64,000 nucleotides of DNA, taken from the NCBI GenBank assembly GCA_947501605.1, contig CANMWZ010000008.1, positions 1 through 64,000 of the forward strand, read 5' to 3'. The DNA is from Planctomycetota bacterium. Lineage in GTDB: Bacteria > Planctomycetota > UBA1135 > UBA2386. Made by a program: the position numbers and the translations under genes. The notes below the pieces were generated by a model. It was not told where the DNA came from. It made no database searches and worked only from the letters and a program-made list of their open reading frames with translations. This document shows positions 39,838 through 47,233 of this stretch, piece after piece (position 1 is the first letter of the stretch; every line of letters begins with the position of its first letter).

Positions 39838-40431
39838 CTACGGCGCCTGGAACCCGCCGAGCAGTCCCTTCAAACGGGTCAGGGCGCGGACGTAGCGATT
39901 GCTCGCGGCGTTCTCGCCGATGCCGAGCAACTCAGCGACCTCCTTGTTGGTCAGATCTTCGAAGTGGCGCAGCGTCAGTACTTCGCGATCGATCTCGTCC
40001 ATCGAGTCCAGCGCGACCGTTAGTTGCTGCTTTTGTTCGTCGCGCATCGCCGCTTGGCTCGGCGACGTCAGCGAACCCGCGATGAAGCCAGAGAGCCCGT
40101 GGCTATTGGCAAAGGCTCGTTCCTTGGCAGCGCTGCGCTTGCTGGCCCCCAGGTGGCGGCGATGCAGGTCGATCAGGGTCTGCTGCCCCACCAATCGCAG
40201 CCACAGTGGCAGTGGGTGTTGGTCGCCACGGAAGGCATAGAGCCGTTGCTGCGCCGCCAGATAGACCTCCTGCACGACGTCCTCCGGATCGATGCGACCG
40301 AACAGGCGAGGATCGAGCCGGAACTGCACCATGCGGCGCAAGCGATCGCGCTGGGCCTCGAACAGGGGAGCGAAGGCGGCATCGTCACCCGCGCGCAGTT
40401 GCTCGGTCAGTTTCGCTTCGTCGTCAGCCAT
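39838..40431 (-). CDS. ECF sigma-70 factor, planctomycete kinase-associated type
   Basis: RLRRMVQFRLDPRL..RIDPEDVVQE, LTSPSQAA, DREVLTLRHFEDLTNKEVAELLGI..RYVRAL. Start is 40431 or 40449. Confidence 0.93.
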   Translation of the reverse strand: MADDEAKLTEQLRAGDDAAFAPLFEAQRDRLRRMVQFRLDPRLFGRIDPEDVVQEVYLAAQQRLYAFRGDQHPLPLWLRLVGQQTLIDLHRRHLGASKRSAAKERAFANSHGLSGFIAGSLTSPSQAAMRDEQKQQLTVALDSMDEIDREVLTLRHFEDLTNKEVAELLGIGENAASNRYVRALTRLKGLLGGFQAP

Positions 40432-40523
40432 ACAGGGAGGCGGCACCATACGTGAGACGGACCAAAACGTCGCCCGGCGAGCCATCCCACTGCGCCCTTG
40501 GCCTACAAGCCAAGGTCAACCGC

Positions 40524-40778
40524 TCAGCGGCGCATGCGGCTGAGCGATCGGTAGCAAGTCCCCGTGCAGGTCACGGTCGCGATCACGCCAAACACCAGCC
40601 AGGGCTTGCTCTCGTACCACAGAAAGCCGGCAGCGCCGACGGTCGTACCCAGCGCGACGCCGGCGCAGCTCAGGTAAAACCCGATGAGCGACGCCTTGGT
40701 CTGCTTGCGGTCCTGCTGCTGCTGGAATGGCGTTACTGGCGCGGCCGGCAACGATGACGGGTCCAAACTCGACGTCAA
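40524..40778 (-). CDS. Small hypothetical membrane protein (2 TM)
   Basis: TTG at 40778 overlaps the upstream stop (TTGA); two hydrophobic segments and a basic C-terminus. Confidence 0.55.
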   Translation of the reverse strand: MTSSLDPSSLPAAPVTPFQQQQDRKQTKASLIGFYLSCAGVALGTTVGAAGFLWYESKPWLVFGVIATVTCTGTCYRSLSRMRR

Positions 40779-43039
40779 GGCAGATAGCGCGACAGTCGCG
40801 CCCCCAGTCGGTTGGCGAACATGGTTGGCATCTTGGACCACATTCGGCGTGGCAGGTCCAGCTTGGGGTTGCCTGGGTGGAAGTCAGGCGGCTTGGCGCC
40901 ATCACCGACGAGGATGTACTCGTAGCGAAGCGGCTCCGAGACGAAGCCCATGTTCTTCTTGAAGTGCGCCGGGCCCGACTCCAGTCGGCTTCGGCCAAAG
41001 TCGAACCGCGTGAATCCTTCTTCCACGGCCCACTCCATGATGCCGCAGTAGATGAGGTTGTTGGCACCCGTGTCGTTGATGCCGGTCAGTGAGCCTGAGT
41101 AGTAGGCATTGACTGTGTCGCGGAACAAGAAGCTCATCACCGCGGCCAGGGTCTTGCCCTGTGGATCCACAACGCGATGGAAGACGACTTTGCGGCCGAA
41201 CTCCTCGCACAGCGCCGCGAACCAGCGCTTGGGCAGCGCCGGCGAACCGAGCCGCTGTTTGTTCTCCGCAAACAGATCGAAGAACATGTCGAGATCGCAA
41301 TCGGATTGCACACTGAGACCATGCCCGACCTCTTCACCGCCCTGCGGTCGCCGGGCCCGGCGCACTTCGGCACGCGCCTTCTTCGGGATGGCTGGCAAGA
41401 CCTTGGCAGGATCATCAGGCAGGTTGCAGCGGAACGTCACGTAGAGCTGCGAGTTGGTGCGCACGCCAGGACGTTCCTCCAGGTGGCGCAGCTCGACATA
41501 GCCGGCAGCGAGTCGGCGGCCGAGCTCGGCGGCATAGTCCAGCAGTGCTTGCTGCGCATGTAGGGACTCGGCGAGCGCCCCGCCATAGACGCCGTAGGGC
41601 ACGCTGATCAGATTGCGGCCCAAGAAGGGGCTCTTCACCAGGAACAGCGGCAGCACACCGATCCAGCGGCGACCCTGCTCGACGATTAGGTAGTGCGGCT
41701 CGTGGTGGAACACCTCGGTCGTGCACCGCCGCCAACCGCTCAGATGGAAGAAGGAGCCGTGTGGGTGCCGCGTGACGAAGGCATCCCAGCGGGAGTCCTC
41801 TCCGGGCAGCAGCTCTCGGACCCGCATCGTCGTGAGATCGACGGGCGAAGCCGCCGCGCCATTCTCCATCTCTCTCGGCGGACCTTCGCTTGTTGCTGTC
41901 GCGCTGGCAGCCGGATTGATCGCAATCGCGGCCGGACGCGGCGGCGGAGGGAGCGCGCCCTCGTGCTCCGGCAGTGGCAACGGCAATGGCTCCGGCGCCC
42001 CTTTCGTGGCTGTCACCGGCAGCAGATCCACCACCGCCGCGATCGGATCGCTCGGGCCGCGGCTGCCTTCGCCATGGGTCGACACCACTTCCGCGCCGCC
42101 TTCAATCACCTCTTCGACCTTGTAGTCGCGCAGGTTCGGAGCCTGCGTAAAGATGATGATCTCGCCGATCAGGCCAAAGCCAATGAGCTGCACGCCAAAC
42201 GCCGCCAGAATGGCGCCGATGACGAATAGCGGACGGTCAGCGAGGCCGACGCCCAAGAACAGCTTGGCGTAGATCGGCTGCGCGGCGAGAGCCACACCGA
42301 GCACCATGCCCAGGAAGCCCACATAGCCAAAGAACCGCAAGGGCTGCTGCGTGAAACGCGTGAGGAACGAGATCGCGAGGATGTCGAGCAGGCGACGCAG
42401 GTAGACCCCGACGCCATAAAACCCGGCGCGCCCGCGTTCCTCGCGGTGACGGACCTTGACCTCGACGACGCGGAAGCCCTGCCGCAGCGCCAGTACCGGC
42501 AGAAAGCGGTAGAGCTCGCCGTAGACGCTGACTTCCTCCAACACCTGCTTGCGGAACCCGCGCGTGCCCGAGTTCAGATCGTGGTAGGGCATTCCCATCA
42601 CGACGCGCAGCATGAAGTTGAACAACCGCGACTGCAGTTGATTGAGCCACGGATCGACTCGCGGCGTGCGCCACGTTGCGACACAGTCGGCGCCGGCTTC
42701 GAGCGCCGCCACCACCTTGAGGACGTCCTCCGGTTCGGTCTGCAAGTACGGCGGGACGTTGACGATGTAGATGCCCTCGGCCCTCGCTACGCCGGCCGAC
42801 AGTGCGATGGACTCTCCCAGTCCGCCGCCCTGGAGTCGCACGATCTTGATCGGACAACTGCACTGCATCGACTCGATCTGGCGTTCTACTGGTCCCACAG
42901 GCCCGTCGAGCACGAGCACGAACTCAACCGCATAGCCGCCCTGCGTCAGCGCTTCGTAGAGCGCGGTGACCACTTTCTGGGGCTGCGCTTCGGGGTTGCC
43001 GATCGGGACGACGACTGAGACGAGTGTATGGACGCTCAT
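40775..43039 (-). CDS. Fusion of degenerate GT2 (ArnC/DPM-like) and FemAB-like XrtA/PEP-CTERM-associated protein
   Basis: N-half GT2 fold (VSVVVP, YHDLNSG, YGELYRFLP, QPLRFFG, 2 TM); Pro-rich linker; C-half FemAB-like (WDAFV, FFHLSGW, ISVPYGVYGG, YVELRH, RAEVRRA, FDFGRS, FKKNMGF). ATGA overlap with the upstream GT2. Confidence 0.9.
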   Translation of the reverse strand: MSVHTLVSVVVPIGNPEAQPQKVVTALYEALTQGGYAVEFVLVLDGPVGPVERQIESMQCSCPIKIVRLQGGGLGESIALSAGVARAEGIYIVNVPPYLQTEPEDVLKVVAALEAGADCVATWRTPRVDPWLNQLQSRLFNFMLRVVMGMPYHDLNSGTRGFRKQVLEEVSVYGELYRFLPVLALRQGFRVVEVKVRHREERGRAGFYGVGVYLRRLLDILAISFLTRFTQQPLRFFGYVGFLGMVLGVALAAQPIYAKLFLGVGLADRPLFVIGAILAAFGVQLIGFGLIGEIIIFTQAPNLRDYKVEEVIEGGAEVVSTHGEGSRGPSDPIAAVVDLLPVTATKGAPEPLPLPLPEHEGALPPPPRPAAIAINPAASATATSEGPPREMENGAAASPVDLTTMRVRELLPGEDSRWDAFVTRHPHGSFFHLSGWRRCTTEVFHHEPHYLIVEQGRRWIGVLPLFLVKSPFLGRNLISVPYGVYGGALAESLHAQQALLDYAAELGRRLAAGYVELRHLEERPGVRTNSQLYVTFRCNLPDDPAKVLPAIPKKARAEVRRARRPQGGEEVGHGLSVQSDCDLDMFFDLFAENKQRLGSPALPKRWFAALCEEFGRKVVFHRVVDPQGKTLAAVMSFLFRDTVNAYYSGSLTGINDTGANNLIYCGIMEWAVEEGFTRFDFGRSRLESGPAHFKKNMGFVSEPLRYEYILVGDGAKPPDFHPGNPKLDLPRRMWSKMPTMFANRLGARLSRYLP

Positions 43040-44058
43040 CGACTGGCCTCCCGAGCGGTGACGGAGATCCGCTGACGGAAGAACCGCGACACCTTGATCT
43101 GCAGTTCGGCTAGGAACCCGAGAAGAAAGACGTTGGCGGCAACCAGGAACGCGACGGAGCCAGCCGCCACCGCCGCGAGATCGTAGTCCTGGAACCAGTG
43201 CCACGAGCCATCGACGCTGACCTTGACGAAGCCGAGCACGAACAGCGCCGGCGCGACGAAGAACAGCGGCAACGACAACAGCAAGAACCAGCGAATCGGG
43301 TGGGCGGCGAAGTTGATCAGCATCTTGATGCCGACCAAATCGGCGAGAACACGAAAGATGCGGCCCAGACCGTACTTCGACTTGCCCGCATGTCGCGCAT
43401 GGTGCCTCACAGGGAGTTCGGTGATGCGCGCGCCGATGCCCACGCCGAGCGCCGCCATGAATCGGTGCATGTCCGAATACAGGTGGAGCGTGCGCACAAC
43501 CCAGCCGCGGTAGGCCTTGAGCGAACAGCCGGTGTCGTGGATCCGGGCGCCGGTGACGCGAGCGATCAGCAGGTTCGCAAAACGGCTCGGCAACAGGCGC
43601 GTGGCCACGCGGTCCTGCCGGTTTCGACGCCAACCACAAACCACGTCGTAGCCCTGGTCGATGCGTTCGAGCAAGCGGCCGATGTCTGCCGGGTCATTCT
43701 GCAGGTCGCCATCCATCGTCACGACGATGCGGCCGCGCGACTGCTGGAAGCCGGCTGCCATTGCCGCCGTCTGGCCGTAGTTGCGGCGAAAGAACACCAG
43801 ACGCAAGTGTGGATCGCCCGCGGCCAGCGCACGCATGGTGTTGCGCCCACCATCGCGACTGCCGTCGTCAACCAAGACGATCTCATAGCTGCGACCGAGG
43901 TCACGCAGCGCAAAGGTCAGCGCCGAGTAGAGCGGCGCCAAGTTGTCGCGTTCGTTGTAAATGGGCACGACGACGCTGACGTCAGGTGCGGGTTGGGTTG
44001 GGCCGCGCGGCTCCAGGATCGCCATCGTCGAGGGGGGTGCTTCGTAGGCCTGTGGCAT
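43036..44058 (-). CDS. GT2 glycosyltransferase (ArnC/polyprenol-phosphate GT-like)
   Basis: SVVVPIYNE, VDDGSRD, RNYGQTAA, TMDGDLQNDP, HDTGCSLKAYR, MHRF, 2 C-terminal TM. Start approximate. Confidence 0.94.
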   Translation of the reverse strand: MPQAYEAPPSTMAILEPRGPTQPAPDVSVVVPIYNERDNLAPLYSALTFALRDLGRSYEIVLVDDGSRDGGRNTMRALAAGDPHLRLVFFRRNYGQTAAMAAGFQQSRGRIVVTMDGDLQNDPADIGRLLERIDQGYDVVCGWRRNRQDRVATRLLPSRFANLLIARVTGARIHDTGCSLKAYRGWVVRTLHLYSDMHRFMAALGVGIGARITELPVRHHARHAGKSKYGLGRIFRVLADLVGIKMLINFAAHPIRWFLLLSLPLFFVAPALFVLGFVKVSVDGSWHWFQDYDLAAVAAGSVAFLVAANVFLLGFLAELQIKVSRFFRQRISVTAREASR

Positions 44059-44069
44059 CGTGCGCAGAC

Positions 44070-44459
44070 CTACAAGAGGGTCATCGTCGCGGACACCGCT
44101 GCCGCCGCAAGCGCGACGAGCACGATCCAACGAACTCGGAGTCGGCGGTAGTGCGAGGAACGATGCCCCGGACCTTGCAAGACGGTGGCGAAGTGACCTG
44201 GCAACGTGCGCTCGGCGGCGGCCAGATCGCCGCGCGCGATATGGTCGAGCGCGCCTTGAACGCGACCCGGCAACTGCTCATCGAGGCCGAGGTCGGCGAT
44301 CAGATCGCGCACGGTCAGACCCTTGAACTCGCGGCGCAACCGCACTTTCAGCTTGGCTTCGGCAGTAGTAGCGGCCGACGGATGCCCCCATGGCAGCGGC
44401 GTATGCGTGCCCGCTCCACCGAGCCCATCCTCCGGTGGCTGGTTGCCGTCGTCGTGCAT
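44070..44459 (-). CDS. Hypothetical protein with single C-terminal TM helix
   Basis: GGAGAG upstream of ATG 44459; fills the gap ahead of the GT2; basic patch followed by a hydrophobic tail. Confidence 0.6.
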   Translation of the reverse strand: MHDDGNQPPEDGLGGAGTHTPLPWGHPSAATTAEAKLKVRLRREFKGLTVRDLIADLGLDEQLPGRVQGALDHIARGDLAAAERTLPGHFATVLQGPGHRSSHYRRLRVRWIVLVALAAAAVSATMTLL

Positions 44460-44586
44460 TCGCTCTCCTATCGGCAGGGCAAGGGCCTTGTCTCCATGCC
44501 CCGTGCGCGCCGGCAGTGGCTCCGCTACCATCGGAGTCCGCTTCCCCTCCCCTTCCTGAACCCTAAGACCGCCAGGAGTTTGCGCG

Positions 44587-45636
44587 ATGGACAGGCCTGT
44601 GCGCATCGGGCTCGCTGGCATCGAAGACAGCCGGCTCCAGGCCGAACTGGAGGCCTTGCCGCGACAGCTGCAGGTCCGCAGCTTCAGTTCGGTGTTCCAG
44701 GCAATCGACGGCTTGCTGGCGCTCGACCCTGACCTGTTGTTCGTCGGCCTGGAGGAAGGCGCCAACCTCGACGAGTTGACGGGCGCCTTGGTGTTGACCA
44801 AGCGACTGTGCCCCCTCGTCGCCTTCGTGCTCGTCGCCCCGAGCGCCCGGGAAGTAGAACTCGCAGCCTTGAGGCAGCGGATCGGGGCGGACCTACTGCG
44901 CTTGCCGCATTCTCGGGCCGAGGTCGCGCGTGTCGTCGACGCGGCGCTCTTCAGCGGCGACCGGCCGCGTAGCGAGGTGTTCCTGGATCTCCTCCACGGC
45001 GTCGCCGACGAGATCAACAACCCACTGCAGTTCTTGCTCGGCTACCTGCAACTCCTCCAGTTGCAGCTCGAAGGGCCGGACCACCGCGACGCAATGGACC
45101 AGATCGCAGCGGCCATCGATGGCGCCCACCGGATCAAGGCGACGGTCGAGCGCCTTGCCGGCATCGAACACGCCGCTGCCGGTCCGCGTCGAGCCGATCC
45201 CTTCGACGTTCGCACGGCACTCGAAGCCAGCCTGAAGCGCCGAACTTCTGGGCGCGCGACACCAACCGTGGTGCGTGAGCCGGCGCGGGGTTCGTTCTTG
45301 GTGCCTGGCGACCCCGAGATCCTACGCCCGGCATTCGACGGCCTTGCCGCCGCCGCACTCGAGTTCGAGGAAGCCGGCGCCACGGTGCACTTTGTCGTGA
45401 CCCGAATCGATGCGGCTGTACGGCTGCGCCTGTCTCTGCGTGGCGACGCGTTTGGCGATTGGCAGTTGCCGCGGACTTGGGAACCCTACTACCTCTGCCG
45501 AGTGCTGCGAGGCAGCGCCCACGGCCTGTCGTTCTTCCTGTTGCAGACCGCCGTGCATGCGCACCGTGGGCAGGTGACGGCTCGACGATTGCCAGACGCC
45601 GCCATTGCCATCGATATCGAACTGCCACGCCACTGA
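44587..45636 (+). CDS. Degenerate receiver-HisKA-HATPase protein (pseudo-histidine kinase)
   Basis: AGGAG RBS; REC-like PDLLFVG; H-box-like GVADEINNPL; HATPase-like remnants (WEPYY, GSAHGLSF, AHRGQV, IELP). Confidence 0.8.
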   Translation: MDRPVRIGLAGIEDSRLQAELEALPRQLQVRSFSSVFQAIDGLLALDPDLLFVGLEEGANLDELTGALVLTKRLCPLVAFVLVAPSAREVELAALRQRIGADLLRLPHSRAEVARVVDAALFSGDRPRSEVFLDLLHGVADEINNPLQFLLGYLQLLQLQLEGPDHRDAMDQIAAAIDGAHRIKATVERLAGIEHAAAGPRRADPFDVRTALEASLKRRTSGRATPTVVREPARGSFLVPGDPEILRPAFDGLAAAALEFEEAGATVHFVVTRIDAAVRLRLSLRGDAFGDWQLPRTWEPYYLCRVLRGSAHGLSFFLLQTAVHAHRGQVTARRLPDAAIAIDIELPRH

Positions 45637-45707
45637 GTCCGCGCCAAGGGGTGTCGTCCTATCCGCAGGAGGGCTGCAGTCAGGGCACCGTCCTGGTCGA
45701 TGGATGC

Positions 45708-45727
45708 CCGTCTGCTTTCGCAGACGG
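45708..45727. other. Perfect 8-bp hairpin CCGTCTGC-TTTC-GCAGACGG, 6 nt upstream of the sigma54 activator ATG
   Basis: Read directly. Confidence 0.6.
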
Positions 45728-45733
45728 TTGCCC

Positions 45734-47113
45734 ATGGCCAAGGTCCTCGTCGCCGATTCCGATCCCCAGAGCCAGGAGTCACTCCATGACGTCTTGGTTC
45801 GATCTGGGCATATCGTCGAAGCGACGACCACAGGCGAGGCTGCCATTCGTGCAGTCGATGACGGCGACATCGATCTCCTCATCTGCGACGCCGATCTGCC
45901 CGACCTTCCCGGCATCGAACTGCTGGCCGCAGTACGCCGGAGCCATCCGACGACGGCTGTGATCCTCACCACGGCGTTCGGCTCGGTCGATGATGCCGTC
46001 CACGCCATGCGCGAGGGCGCGGCCGATCTGTTGCGCAAGCCGTTCAGCGCCGACCAAGCGCGCCTAGCCATCGATCGCGCGCTCGAGCGTTCGCTCCTGG
46101 TTCGCGAGAACCAGAATCTCCGTCAGGCGCTCGACGACCGGGTGCAGATTGGCAACCTGATCGGCGAAGACCCGCGCATGCAGGCGATCTTCAAGACCGT
46201 GCGCGCGGTCGCCGACACGCGCACGACCGTCCTGGTCACCGGCGAATCGGGCACCGGCAAGACGGTTGTCGCACGCGGCTTGCACGCGCTCAGCCCGCGG
46301 CGCAACGGTCCCTTCGTCGAGGTCAACTGCGGCGCGCTGCCCGAGACCCTGCTCGAATCGGAGCTCTTCGGCCATGTCCGAGGGTCGTTCACGGGCGCGA
46401 TCAAGGACAAGCCGGGCAAGTTCGAAGCGGCTCATGGCGGCACGATCTTCCTCGACGAGATCGGCACCAGCACCCCGGCGTTCCAAGTGCGGCTCCTCCG
46501 CGTCCTCCAAGATCGCGTGCTCGAACGCGTCGGCGACAACCGCACGATCGCACTGGATGTCCGCATCGTGCTGGCCACCAACCTCGATCTCGAGCAGGCC
46601 GTTCGCGACGGACGGTTCCGCGAAGACCTCTATTACCGCATCAATGTCGTCTCGATCGAGATGCCGCCGCTGCGCCAACGACAGGAGGACATCCCGGCAT
46701 TGGCGATGCACTTCCTGCGGCGCTTCGCCAAGGACCACGGCAAGCGCGTCGAGCGACTGACTCCAGCCGCCACTGCAGTTCTGCGTCGAGCCCGCTGGCC
46801 CGGCAACGTCCGCCAACTCGAGAACGTCCTGGAACGCGCCGTCGTGTTCAGCCAGTCGCCGGTCATCGACGTGGCCGACCTGCCGCCGAATCTCGTTGAA
46901 CAGGATGCTCTACCTGCAGCTGCGAACGCCGCCACACCGCCGGTCGCGCTCGAACCGGTGCAGCCACTGCGCACCGCACTCGACGCTGCCGAGCGACGCA
47001 TCCTCGAACAGGCGCTCGTGCACTGCGACGGCAATCGCGAACGTGCCGCCAAAGTGCTCGGTATCAACCGCAGCACCTTGTTCGCCAAACTCCGCCGCTA
47101 CGGCGTCCGGTGA
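45734..47113 (+). CDS. Sigma-54-dependent response regulator (REC-AAA+-Fis HTH; NtrC/PrsR-like)
   Basis: REC with Asp (LICD), TAFG, KPF; GESGTGKT, ESELFGH, GSFTGA, FLDEIG, FREDLYYR, WPGNVRQLEN; HTH AAKVLGINRSTL. Confidence 0.96.
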   Translation: MAKVLVADSDPQSQESLHDVLVRSGHIVEATTTGEAAIRAVDDGDIDLLICDADLPDLPGIELLAAVRRSHPTTAVILTTAFGSVDDAVHAMREGAADLLRKPFSADQARLAIDRALERSLLVRENQNLRQALDDRVQIGNLIGEDPRMQAIFKTVRAVADTRTTVLVTGESGTGKTVVARGLHALSPRRNGPFVEVNCGALPETLLESELFGHVRGSFTGAIKDKPGKFEAAHGGTIFLDEIGTSTPAFQVRLLRVLQDRVLERVGDNRTIALDVRIVLATNLDLEQAVRDGRFREDLYYRINVVSIEMPPLRQRQEDIPALAMHFLRRFAKDHGKRVERLTPAATAVLRRARWPGNVRQLENVLERAVVFSQSPVIDVADLPPNLVEQDALPAAANAATPPVALEPVQPLRTALDAAERRILEQALVHCDGNRERAAKVLGINRSTLFAKLRRYGVR

Positions 47114-47160
47114 TCTCGTGTCTTCACCGACGCCAGTGCGCACCTTCTTGCCTTCGATGC

Positions 47161-47177
47161 CTGGCACACGGACGGCA
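47161..47177 (+). promoter_or_regulatory. Candidate sigma54 -24/-12 promoter (CTGGCAC-ACGGA-CGGCA) upstream of the TPR gene
   Basis: GG-N10-GC spacing is correct and the -24 matches TGGCAC; the -12 is weak (CGGCA vs TTGCA). Confidence 0.35.
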
Positions 47178-47233
47178 CCTTCGGGCTGCGTCCTGTCGCT
47201 ACGGACGACCCTCGCTATAACAAGGACCACTGC

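Noticed and set aside
40524..40620. TM plus basic tail as a PEP-CTERM sorting signal
   Set aside because: No PEP-like motif, no signal peptide and no extracellular domain.
43040..43639. Extension of the 954-aa GT2-FemAB ORF
   Set aside because: Alternative frame of the upstream GT2; the ATGA coupling at 43036-43039 gives the real start.
46370..46400. GSFTGA instead of GAFTGA as a sign of an inactive activator
   Set aside because: GSFTGA is a common variant that keeps the critical F and T; the other AAA+ motifs are intact.
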